Assembly (NCBI GenBank): GCA_050230475.1
Contig: JBFLGF010000192.1
Coordinates: 1 to 52,330 of the forward strand
DNA: 52,330 nt
Direction: 5' to 3'
Origin: Ancylonema sp.
Lineage: Eukaryota
Position numbers and translations under genes: made by a program. Positions 40,587-51,849 of the stretch are shown here, piece after piece. The notes beneath the pieces are model-generated. The model was not told the origin of the DNA and made no database searches. It saw only the letters and a program-made list of their open reading frames with translations. Within the stretch, counting starts at the first letter, position 1. Each line of letters begins with the position of its first letter.

Positions 40587-43096
40587 ATGACGTCTCTGGC
40601 CGCCCAGTCTGGACCGAAACCAATTCGCGCCCCCCCGGGGCGTCGCCGCGCGGCGGTGCATGATACCCAATCTGATACCGAGAGTCCCTCCAGCGACCCC
40701 GCCGCGGAATTTTCCCTTGCCGCCACCGCTGCCAGCGAGGACACTGGATACGTGGACGACTCGGATCAGCTTCCGCCCATTCGGGAGCCTGAGGGGAACG
40801 GCGATGGCGGTGGGGAGTGGGGCCAAGAAGTCTCCCTGCGTGGAGGCACTGCCTACTCCTCTGTGCCACGTGGCGAGGAGGCGAGCTTTAGACTGTGGGA
40901 GAGGCAGGAAGGAGGAGGGGCGGGGGGAAGGACGGAGGGGGAAGATGCACGGGGATCAACATTAGAGGGGGTGGGGTGGGTAGCAGAATACCAGGATTAT
41001 GTATCACCCACACCCGCCCCCGCCCCCGCACCCGCCCCCGACTCCCAGATCAACGAGTACGAAGTGAATTCATGGTTGGCGCGTCAAGATGTGTCCCGCG
41101 CCTCCCCGCCCTTCCCCCTCTCCGAACCCGCCAGTCCCCGCCGCTCCCTCCCCCGCCCTGTCCGCCGCTACGCATCTTCCGTGTACAGCGAGGGTGGGGG
41201 GGGGGCGGAATACAGAGACCCTGGGCCGGCTTTCGTGACCCCACCCATGTCCCCCCGGAGCCGGATGAGGGTGGAGGAGGAGGAGGGGGCGGGTGGGACC
41301 CACCTGCTGCTCTCGCTGGCAAAGCCCCTTGCGATGCTCAGGACGAAATTGAGGAGGGAGAGGGGGAGGGGACGGGGGATGATGGAGAAGTCTTTGCTGT
41401 CTCGGGATCCCTCTCTTTCTCCTTCTCATCAGGATGCAGTTGTGAGTAAAGAGAGGACAGTCCACAGGGCGCAGTCGCAGGAAGAGCACAGCATTCCTGT
41501 CCCACCTTTCTGCTGCGCTTTACGGGTAACCACCGCACGTCGACATCCAACCTGGACGGTAGGGAGCAGTCGGGCTGTGTGCTGTTGCCATGTTTTCCTC
41601 TGTGCCACGTGTGTGTGTGTGTGTGTGTGTGTGCAGTGGTGACGTTTGGCACGTGTATGGGCGTGTGCTCGAGCTCCTTCCTGTAGGAAAAACCTGTCCT
41701 CGAAACCAGTACTGCGCAACTTCCACAGCCCCCCCCACATCAGCGCAGTCCTGTGGCTCGCCGGCTGCGTCCATTGGCTCCGGTGCTCCTCCACCTACTG
41801 CCTCAAACTACTCTACTGGCCGAACGCGGCGCAGTTGGAGTACAACCATCCCGTCAGGACAAACTTCTTTTTCTGCCCCTTCATTTCCGCGCTGTTTTCG
41901 GTGGAGGGCATGCCCACGGCGCTGACGTCAGTGTTTCTGGCGGACCGGGAGGTGCACCCTGTGACCATGATCGTGTTCATGTGCCCCATTCTGCTCCTGG
42001 ACCTCCAAATCTTCGGCGAGTGGATGTCCAGAGGGTACCACAGACTCAGCTCGGTTGCCAACCCAACCACGCAGGTAGACCCACTCACCATACACTGAGA
42101 CGGTGTCAGATACGGATTCGGATATCGTATCGGATACGGATTCGAGTACGGAATCGGCCACCGATTGGGTTCGGAACTAAACAAATATTCGGGTGCGGAT
42201 TCAAGTTTTGAAATATGGATCTCCGAAATCACAAGATTTTTTATCCTCCTCCCCCCCTTCCAGATCTCCATCATCGGAAACTTCATCGGCGCCAAAGTGA
42301 GCATTTTGTGCGCGTGGCCCGACACCGCAATCTTCTTCTTCGCGGTGGGCTTCATCCACCAGATCACCGTGTTCGTAACCGTGTACCAACGGCTGGAAGG
42401 GAACTTCGCCATCCCCGTCGACATGCATCCACTCTACTTCCTTTTTGTGGGCCCGCCCTCCGCAGCCGCGTTGGGGTGGGCGGCCATTGCGGGAGAAATG
42501 GATGCCTTTGCCAAATCGATGTACTTTGTGGGCGCGTTCTTCTACATGCAGATGGTGTGGGGTGGGGAGGGGGGAATGGGGTGATCTTGGTGTGGTGGCA
42601 ATGCGGTTAACCGATGGGGTGGGAGGGACGGGTGGGGGTGCAGGTGTGGCAACACGGATTGTTTCATAACTCACGGTCAGTGCAATGATCGGGGTGGGTG
42701 GAGAATGGTATTCAGATGTGTCGTAAAATCGAAGCCCCTTATGCTTCTTGCAACAATGTTTTTTGAACGGGGGTTGACTATGCGAGTCGGTCCTCACCTT
42801 ACCTCCCCCTTCCACCCTTCCACTTTTCGGTCAGATTTTCGTTGGCGTGGTGGTCGTACACCTTCCCGATGAACACCGCCGCGGGTTGTGCGATCGAATA
42901 CGCAGAGCAAGTGAAGACGGACATGGCAGTGGGCATCAGTCTTGTGCTGGCGGCCATCGCGTCGGTCGCGTTGGTGGTGGTGTCGTACCGAACGTTGAAA
43001 TCGATTTATGACGGGGAGTTGTTTGCAGCGGATCCGGTGGTGGCCGCGTGTTTGGAGGAGGAGGGGGAGGAGGAGAAAGGGGAAGAAAGAGTATAG
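40587..43096 (+). CDS. SLAC1/SLAH-family slow anion channel; two apparent single-base indels (pseudogene or assembly error)
   Basis: Exons ~40587-41525, 41637-42074, 42264-42554, 42644-42675, 42835-43096. Motifs FLLRF, FGTCMGVCS, EYNHPVRTNFFFCP, LSSVANPTTQISIIGNFIGA, VFVTVYQRL, HPLYFLFVGPPSAA, FSLAWWSYTFPM (gate Phe). Frame breaks at ~41509 and 41685. Start codon tentative. Confidence 0.92.
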
Positions 43097-43505
43097 GTTT
43101 CATGTTCTTACTTTACTTTACTTCACTTACTTTCTTACTGTTTATATTCGTTTTCGTTTGCCGGTTCAAAATTTTCTTTTTGTAAGCTTATTCCGCCTCC
43201 AATTGAGTCGCGGTTGGGATACATCTTAGACCGCTTGTCTGTGGAAACACGAGGGAATAGGCGCAACAAGGCTTCAAGAGAAATTACAGAGCAAGGAGTA
43301 TAGTGAGATATTGTAAGAGTTATATGCAAATAAAAATTATTGTGGAAGGCAACGCAATTCGCTTATCGTAGATCGTTCATGTAAATATTAGTAGGCTAAC
43401 CTCGTTTTCAAGATTGCAATCACTTCAACTTTAGACCAAAACCTTGTCAACTTTCCGCTTTTACCAAATTGGAATTCGAAACATGAGTGTTGGACATCCT
43501 CCAAT

Positions 43506-44052
43506 CATAGTTGGCCCCGCCCCGGGAGAGTTTTTTTCCGCCCGGGGCGCCGCCCGGGGCGGACTCGCCCGGGGCGGAAAGCGGGGCGGGATTTGTGGGG
43601 CGGGGCCATAGGCCAAAATACCAAAAAAAAACAAATGCCGCAATGCGGAGATATGGCTGGTTTTGTCAAAAACCGACTTCTTGCACAATGTGCACCATAC
43701 GCCACAAGTCCGACATCATCTTATATCACCCATGAGTCCGACTCCGTGGCGTGGTGTGGTATGATGCGATTATAAAAAAACACACAAAAAAAAAACTTGA
43801 GATATACAAAAGAATATTACACGGGTAAATATGGAAGACGTACTTAGTGTTGTAAAATCTTGAATACTTGTCATATATTAATTTTAAGAAGATGTACATG
43901 ATCTACGTAGTCTTGGGGTCCTTTTACAAAAAAACCTAAAAAACCTCTATGGCCCCGCCTTGGGCGGGTTATTCTCCGCCCGTGGCGCAACCCGGGGCAG
44001 GCCCGCCCGGGGTGGAAAGCGAGGCGGGATTTGCGGGGCGGGGCCAACTATG
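43506..44052. mobile_element. Non-autonomous hAT-like MITE
   Basis: TIR CATAGTTGGCCCCGCCCCG ... CGGGGCGGGGCCAACTATG, similar to the 1739-2467 TIR; ~100-bp GC-rich block repeated directly near both ends; no recognisable 8-bp TSD. Confidence 0.8.
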
Positions 44053-46420
44053 ATTTAGATACTTAAGTGGGTGCTGAGGTCCTAGCCATGGGGATATTTT
44101 ATCTTCTGACATCCCACACATCTCTACATTGGATTTATTCACTACTCGTGTTGTACGTTACGAGTGCCTTCCCTTCCTGAAAATATTGCCCTTGTCCACA
44201 TCGAGTCTTGGTAACATTTGAATGTGTTGTGTTGGTTGTGGAGGGACTTCAAATCTTTGCTTTATGCTAGAAAACAAGAGTGCAAATGATGCCGATACGC
44301 ACTTTGAAATAATCACGTGTAGCCATAGCCAACGAGCATCTCCGATTGTTGACACACCATATATGTCATTTAAGTCGCGCTCATTTGTGATCCCGTTGCA
44401 AACGACATTCCTTCATACAGCTTGCATTGCTTTGGTGTTTTTACGGGGTTTATTTTTTCTTCTTCTTGTTTTGCTAAATTTTGGTTGGTATGTTTCTTTG
44501 ATGCGTCTATTCTCTCTTTTTTGGTTTGGTTCTCGCCCTTGTACTTGCTACCTTTATTGCATGTAATGCACAATCGTGTATTATGCGAGAGAGTTCATTC
44601 AAACAACTTTTGGGCGTAGCCATTATCCGTTTCTTGTTGGATATAAATGTGACTTCATGCAATTGGCTTTGACGTCCGGCATGCAAAAGATGCTAAGTTA
44701 GGTGTGTGTTTTAGGCTATTATTAAGTGTTTCAAACGCTTCCATTGCAGGTTTGCTGCTAAGTTGGTGCTATATTGACGTTTGGTGTGTGCACTCTATGA
44801 ATAATGTCTATCAATTTTCAAGGTAGGGAAAGGAGATTGTATGAAAAAATCAAATGGACGATCTAAATATGAAGCAACAAAGAATGGATATTCATGCAAC
44901 GGTTTGTCTAGATACATAAATGGGTCTTTTGAACTTGCAATCTGGCACACACACAGCATGTGGAAGTGTAGAGAGGAAAAATATATACATATTAGCTGTT
45001 AGTGCAAACTGCAAACTGTGTGGGGAGCGCAGCCCCACGCCTTGCAGATATACCCCAAGCTCCGGACACCGAAACATTATGTACAGATCTTCATACTGAC
45101 CTACCTCTGAAAGCTACACCACTGAAATATCCCCTTTGAAACTTCATCGTGATTTCTTGACATGCACCTGACCTGCTCCCTTTCCAAACAAAAAGTCTTC
45201 GACCCTCAATAGACCTACATGCGCTCAACTAAGTGTAATAAATGAAGTGACCCTGGCGTGTGAATGACAGAAGATGCAAAGATGACTCGTCATTTGATTT
45301 TTGTTGCTGATGGAAAAGAAGGTGAAAGTCAAGAAAAGGCAGTCAGCATTCAGCTTCTCGGGAAAGGCGACGGAGGGGAAGAAAGTCGTTGTAAGGGAAA
45401 CAGGAACGTTGCAGTAGGCAGCAGCCGAGTGGGTGCATGTACCGAGGAGATCATGCTGCCTACCAAGATAAGGTTTTCTGTAAAGTGAAGGGCGAAGATC
45501 AGCGATATCAGCTTTCGTGCTCACACGCCAGTGCGTGAGTCGATCAATAGGCTAATCGCGGTTCCTTCTCCTCAGGATGCGACCAGCAGGTGCCCCTTTG
45601 ATTTTCGTGGTTAGAAGGTCAATTGGAGTTGGCTGCTGTGCTTGACCAAAGTCGTCAGCCACTGCACGATTGTTCCGCTCCCTCTTCTCGGCTGCTTCAC
45701 GCATGCGCTCGCGCTTCTCCTCGATGCCGTCGGGATCCGACGTGGTGCAGACGGTAATATTCACGGCGCCATCTGTCCGGCCGCGTTTCGGCAGGGGAGT
45801 GTTGAAGCGGTCATACTGGCGGTCATACTGGCGCTTTGGCACGTGCTGCAGCAAAGAATGTGGCTCAAACGAACTGGAAGCAAACACGGGCGGAATAAAG
45901 TCGACGGCGTTCAACTCTTCACCACGCGGAAACTCCTGAAGCACTTCAGCTTGTCGATTTGTTGCCTGCGTAGGATTTTCCTGGCTGAAGGCAGGCGGCC
46001 AGGGCCGATACATGGGGAAGTGATATGTGGACACAGTATTATTTTTCCGGATGCAAGCAGACCCCCTAAGTGGAGTCCCTGTGCGGACTCCCTGTCTGAC
46101 GCGGTACCTGCCCACGACTTGTCTGTACCATATACTAGGTCAATCTCGGCGACGGATGCACGCAGCGTCTCTCGTGCAAGGCTTATGTTATCTCACAAGC
46201 GTACGCCCCTCCCACATGAAGAAGACAGGGCAGAAGAGCAATCCAACGGAAGAGAAACTACCTCGCACGTGCGAGTGGAAAGCTCCTGAGTAAAACCTGT
46301 CCAAATTAAAACATGTCGAAATTAACACCTTTTCTCGGTCCCGACCATCAGGGATTCGGTCCCCCGTCCGCCGAAATTCTTACCGGTATTTGGGGAACCG
46401 CCGTCCGCCTGGGTCTCTAC

Positions 46421-48726
46421 TAGGGATCGGCGAGCGCAGTGGCAGCCCTTGCGCTCAGCGCTCCGAGCTAAATGAGCGCAAGATCACGCTCATGAGAGTA
46501 TTAGAGCGCAAAATGAGCGCATGAGCGCATGAGCGTATTAGAGCGCATGATGAGCGCTTAAGCGCATGAGCGTAAAATGAGCGCATAAAAGAGGGTAACC
46601 GGGCAGAATATCCGTTTACTTTGGTGAATATTACTGAGGTCTTTTCAAGAGACCTCAGTAGCATCAGTCGCTTTCGGCTGGTCGAAATAATCTGACATGG
46701 ACCGTACATCTGTACGATTCTGTCCACGTCAGATCGGGCTCGTGTTCGTGATTGGCTGATTCTTCCTGATTTGACGATTTTGATGTTTTATGAAGTTTGA
46801 CTGACATGTCAGCGCTGGCATGTCGTGCTTTGATTGGCTTATTTTCACGTTTTCTTGAAAATTTGCGTGAAAATTTTGCGTGCAATCCTCTCTGTTTTTG
46901 GGAGGTTAGTGTAAGTGGGGGGGCAGCATTTACACCACCTGCTCAAGAAATTCGCGTTCGTTTTAACATGCAATTTATTGTGATAGGCCCCCTACTACAA
47001 CCCTGCATGATGTTGATATTTCTATATCTACCCTCATCCCGGTGGGATGTATGATTTGTGGCGAAAGGGGTGTGGGATGTGCGACTTGTGGCGAAAGGGG
47101 TCTGGCTATTTGGACACTCTATAACACCAGGACCCTCGCATCATAAACAGTACAAAGTTTAGCCTAGGAACTTGTTACTCTTTTTTCTCTCGTCACAATG
47201 AGTACAAATTCGTAAGGCGAGCAAGCCTGTGTTATAACTGGTTTTTTATATATCGCGCTCAAGCCGGCTTTATATATTTATTATTGTGTTATTTATAAAA
47301 TTATAAAGTGTTTTTTTACACGCATTGAAAGAAAAAAAAATCCTCAGGCATAAGGTAAGGCCAGAAGGTGAGCTTGGCTTGCTGGCTAGCTAGCTGGCTT
47401 GTTGGCTAGCTGGCTGTTTGCTCGCTTGCTGGCTGGATTATATATCTGCATAACAAACCCCGCCACAACCAGAAAGAACAATAGTTTCAGGGCCGGATAT
47501 TGCATGACTACGATTCCACGTGGCCGGGCAGAATAGCACCGGAAATCTATTTTCGCAGAAATCAAATCACAGATGTAGGATGTAAGAATCGCAGTACAAA
47601 GCGTGATTTATGTGAGAAATCGAAAGCGTGAGTGTGAGTCATAGATTAGGTTGATGAAGGAGAGAGAGAGAGACAAAGAGAGTGTGACAGGTGGCTGACT
47701 GGCGGAAAAGTAGGCAACCTGGCTGGTGATGAGGGGCTTCCTTTTGGTAGGAGTATAAAAAAATTAGTCGCACAAGCAATCGCAGTCGCAGGTCATAATT
47801 TCCAGTGGCGATTTCCGTGTCTCCTACTGTGCGCTTATTTGTGTTTGTTGTCCACCTCTGTGGCAGTCACAGATGCATCGAGGAGTGCACCGGCGGTTCT
47901 TTTATTATGGCAAGTCGTTCCAGATTGCGATAGAAGTGCGCATAAATAAATTTAAGCTGCAAAACTATTTAAAAATAGACAGGAAAACTGGATTTATATG
48001 AGATGGTGAGGAGCGCCGACCCGCACTCATGTTGTCTGTTGTTTTGCGTACTGTAGGGGGGGTGCTATTCTGCGTCGATGTTAGACAGTTCTATAGAGAG
48101 GCCGGCCAAATTGGCTGGCAAATTCTGTTGACAAAATTGGTTGCGCCTATTGCTGACGGCTGGGCGCCGCAAAAAAATATTTTAGCGCGTAACCTCAAAA
48201 CCGGCACCAGCCATTCATAAACCTTGATATTGATAACCACAAACTTTAATAACCCCATTACACCAACAAATTCTAGAGAAAACAGCAAAATAACCGGTCG
48301 TATGAATCATAAATAACTCAAATCCTTCAGACCTAAGTTTGACGGTCACGCCCGGATCTAGTTTGCTGAATGGTCTTAAGGTATGCCTGCGATCATGCGC
48401 TCATGAGTGCATGAGCCTGCGCTCATGCGCTCGCCAATCCGCAGTAACATACATATCATTTCGACGGCCAGGCGAACATTCTGGCGGCTTTACGATCCGA
48501 TTCGGGGTTGAGCACCGAGGGAAATGAGCGCAAAAAGAGCGCATGAGCGCCAAATGAGCGCATGAGCGCAACTCCGCTGAAATGATATTCGCTCATGTGC
48601 GCTCTAATACGCTCACGCTCATGAGCTGCGCTCATGGCCGATTTTTGGGATGCCTGCACTCATGCGCTCATGAGCGCATGATCCTGCGCTCATGCGCTCG
48701 TTGCGCTCTGCGCTCGCCGATCCCTA
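46421..48726. mobile_element. 2.3-kb non-autonomous hAT-like element
   Basis: Perfect 19-bp TIR TAGGGATCGGCGAGCGCAG / CTGCGCTCGCCGATCCCTA (Ac-like TAGGGAT start); dense TGAGCGCA subterminal repeats at 46470-46590 and 48390-48720; no transposase ORF; TSD not preserved. Confidence 0.85.
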
Positions 48727-48832
48727 CCTCCTAGCTAGAGAGACTACCCGTAATATCGAGAAAACGTCAGAACTCAAAATTACGTCCAAACCGTGATTTT
48801 CGTTATGTGCGGCAGTCCAAAAGCGACGCTAC

Positions 48833-50498
48833 CCGTACCAGCCAGAGATCACGCGCCAGAAAATAATTACCATTTTGCCTGGCGCACACGTTTTTGGCGC
48901 GTACTAAAATAATGGGAATTGTTAGGGACAAGGCAAGGTCGTATTCGACCGAATCTCAATATCTGCGCGACGCAACTCAAACAATTCTGGGCCGCACGTT
49001 TGGACTCCTGACAAGGACAAACTGTCGTATTCTGAAGAAACTACGTTTTCGGCGCGACACGGTTGAAATAGACGACAGTCGGACGGCTGGCTGTCGGCCT
49101 GCCGGTCATTTGGTTATTAATTTGAGTGTTATGCGTCACCGCGGGTCCACCTGCCAGATCTGTGAGTTACGGGCTACGATCGAATACGGGTTTTGGCTAT
49201 CTTCCTTCGGCGAGATCCAAGACAGTCGCGTAGCCGGTTACGGAGCACGTGGCGTGTACGGGTATAGGGTCTACTCCCGTGCCCATAACGCTGAGATAAC
49301 CATTCTAGCTCGCAGATCTCCCAGACTAGCCAACTTGTACGGAAATAATTTTGAAACGTCGGGTTCGGCTTCAGGCGTCAGGCGTCGCCGACGGCCAGGA
49401 TTCAGAATCGCACGGCCCAGAATTAGGTTGCGTCGCGAAGAAATCGAGATTCGGTCGAATACGACCTTGCCTTGTCCCTAACATTTCTTGCCTTGTCCCT
49501 AACGATTCCCTAAAATAATGGGTACAGTTAGAAACAAGCTCGCTTTTTGTTGGAAACAAGCTGGCAAAACTAATTCTCGCTTGCAGCTTGTAATTCTCGA
49601 TCCGCCACCATAATGCCGCTATAAAGCGAAACAATGTCACTTGGGCCCACGACGTGTTACGATTTTACGTACGAAAAATCGAACTAACGGGGGAAGGCCC
49701 TTCCTGAACACATCGAGACCTCCCCCATCGCGTGGCGCTGACACGATTTATCCGCATCAAGTGCATTGTTCACCAATTCTTATAAACTTTGGACAGGTAT
49801 ATAGCTGAAGTGATTCTCTAACTTCTGGAAAAAAAATCCAGAGACATTGACGTAAAATTTTGACAATTATGACTGCTCGCGCATTTTCGGGGTCAGTTGT
49901 GTATATCCGACGCTGTGAGTTAAAGTGTTATTTAAAAATCAAAATGTTGAATGTTTCTAAGAGATAATTTTGAGAGGATTACTATGCGCCTTTCCGCTGC
50001 TGAAATGAAGAATAATTGATTGAGATCGAATAGATCGTGGGCGACAGTGAAGGAACGCTGGAATAGGGAGGGAGCAGGAAGAGGGGGGAGTGCGTAGAAG
50101 CGGGGGAGCCGCGGGCCCAAGTGACATTGTTTCGCTTTATAGCGGCATTACGGGGTCACATCGAGAATTACTGGCAACAAGCGAGATTTGTCTTCGCCAG
50201 CTTGTTTCTAACAAAAACGGAGCTTGTTGATAACCGTACCCTAAAATAATTATTTTGAAAACGCTGGCGCGTACTACTGACGCAAATAAATTAAGAAAAT
50301 CGACGATAATTTGGCGCGGTACAATAATCCAATACAAAAAAATCCAAAACACCTGACGCAGTTGAAAAATATTTATTTAAAATTTGCCTGGCGCACACTT
50401 TTGACGCGTAATTAAAAAATCGTTGGCGCAAGTGTTTGGAGCGTATGTCTATTAATTGATTTTCCGATTTGTTGGCGCATTATCTCTGGCTAGTACGG
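48833..50498. mobile_element. CCGTA-ended non-autonomous element with long inverted arms, host of a nested insertion
   Basis: CCGTACCAGCCAGAGATCACGCGCCA ... TGGCGCATTATCTCTGGCTAGTACGG|TA; inverted homology continues between 49520-49648 and 50113-50240 (e.g. ATGCCGCTATAAAGCGAAACAATGTCACTTGGGCCC and its reverse complement). Confidence 0.85.
48914..49510. mobile_element. Mutator-like (MULE) MITE, 597 bp, nested in the left arm of the 48833-50498 element
   Basis: G-starting long TIR GGGAAT(T/C)GTTAGGGACAAGGCAAGGTCGTATTCGACCGAATCTC and exact 9-bp TSD TAAAATAAT (48905-48913, 49511-49519); right TIR has a 21-bp internal duplication. Confidence 0.92.
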
Positions 50499-50603
50499 TA
50501 TCAGCATTTTTCCGCAGATTGCCAGCGCTGCCTTCTTGCTGCTGTCATGCTGCCCTAAGTTTGGGCCCGTCTTGCGCGTGGCGCAAGACCCGCTCTGGTT
50601 TTG

Positions 50604-50795
50604 TATAGAATGGAACCTCTCTAAACGAACACTATCTTAAAAAATAACATCTCTTAAAGAGTATATAATCTTCCCCCCGAACGTTGGAGAGTGCAATTGT
50701 TCCGACTATCTAAACAAATGGCCTGTTTGAAAAAGAAATGACTTGTTAAAAAAAAAAACCCTCGAAACTGTTAGTTTCGACAGGTTTTTACTATA
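50604..50795. mobile_element. Degenerate Tc1/mariner-like MITE
   Basis: TATAGAATGGAACCTCTCTAAACGAAC versus reverse complement of the right end TATAGTAAAAACCTGTCGAAACTAAC; TA flanks. Confidence 0.45.
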
Positions 50796-50996
50796 TCCAA
50801 TCAATGCTTCCCAAACTCGTGTAATTTATATTTCTTCGAGGTTTTCCGTTTTTTTTTTTCTTTTTTTTCTTTTTTTTTGTGAATTATAAGCATCTATGTA
50901 CTAAAATTTTAGACTACCGTACTCGAAAGTAAGCCACAAAAATCGCCACAAAAATGACCCGGGTTTTAGAAGACAAATTAAATTCGACTAATGAAC

Positions 50997-51578
50997 TACC
51001 AATCGACCCACCCGCGCACCATATATAATATTTCCCAAACTCTTGGAATACTTGTATGATAACGTGACTCACATTATAGAAGTACCCACTTTTTTCAACA
51101 AAAATCGATTTTTTGACCCGACCTCCCCTTGTCATAATAATTAATATTCATCACTTTTTGAAATATTTCTAACATTATTTTCCTCAATTAATGTATCGCA
51201 ATCGCCTAAAATCAATTAGTTTCACTCAAAATACATGATACAAAGTCGTCTATTATTATATTTTTATTTTACTGGGTGCTGCCCAAAATAATCCATAACC
51301 CAATAAAATAAAAATATAATAATATACAACTTTGTATCATGTATTTTGAGTGAAACTCTTTGGTTATAGGCGATTGCGATATATTACATGAGGAAAATAA
51401 TGTGAGAAATATTCCACGAAGTGTTGAATAGTAATTATTGTGACAAGGGGGGGTCGGGTCAAAAAATCGTTGTTTGTTGAAAAAAATGGGTACTTCTATA
51501 ATGTGGGTCACGTTATCATACAAGTATTCCAAGAGTTTGGAATTTTTTATATATAGTGCGCGCGTGGGTCGATAGGTA
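50997..51578. repeat. Long foldback: ~275-bp inverted arms with ~25-bp loop
   Basis: Arm 50997-~51275 is the near-perfect reverse complement of ~51298-51578 (e.g. CCAAACTCTTGGAATACTTGTATGATAACGTGAC / GTCACGTTATCATACAAGTATTCCAAGAGTTTGG). Confidence 0.93.
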
Positions 51579-51849
51579 TGTCGGGCGGATTATACTCGGG
51601 TGGATAAAACTGGGGTAGACCCGAGTCAGAGGGAGGTAAGAAGATTGCCAGGGATGTTGGTTTGGCGGTAGGGCAGATGGTTGGTTATACGTCGGGTGGC
51701 ACGAGTTGGGCAGGGGTGGTAAGGCCACGTGGGCAGTAGTATGATTGATCAATTCAACGGTGTTTGACTCATATGATTGGCCAGGGTAGGGATCTAGCCG
51801 GTGTCACGGTTGACCAGGGTTGAACGATTTTGTAAAGAAGAATTATAAA

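Noticed and set aside
41684..41686. In-frame TAG as recoding or RNA-editing site
   Set aside because: The downstream homology is in a different frame, so a one-base insertion explains it; readthrough would not restore the protein.
41813..42815. Long minus-strand ORFs over the SLAC gene (similarly over the TruA, GT and SET genes)
   Set aside because: Antisense shadows of GC-rich coding exons with no independent motifs.
48894..49481. 195-aa ORF as a possible transposase
   Set aside because: Starts at TTG outside the MITE, runs through its TIRs and has no DDE or other recognisable motif.
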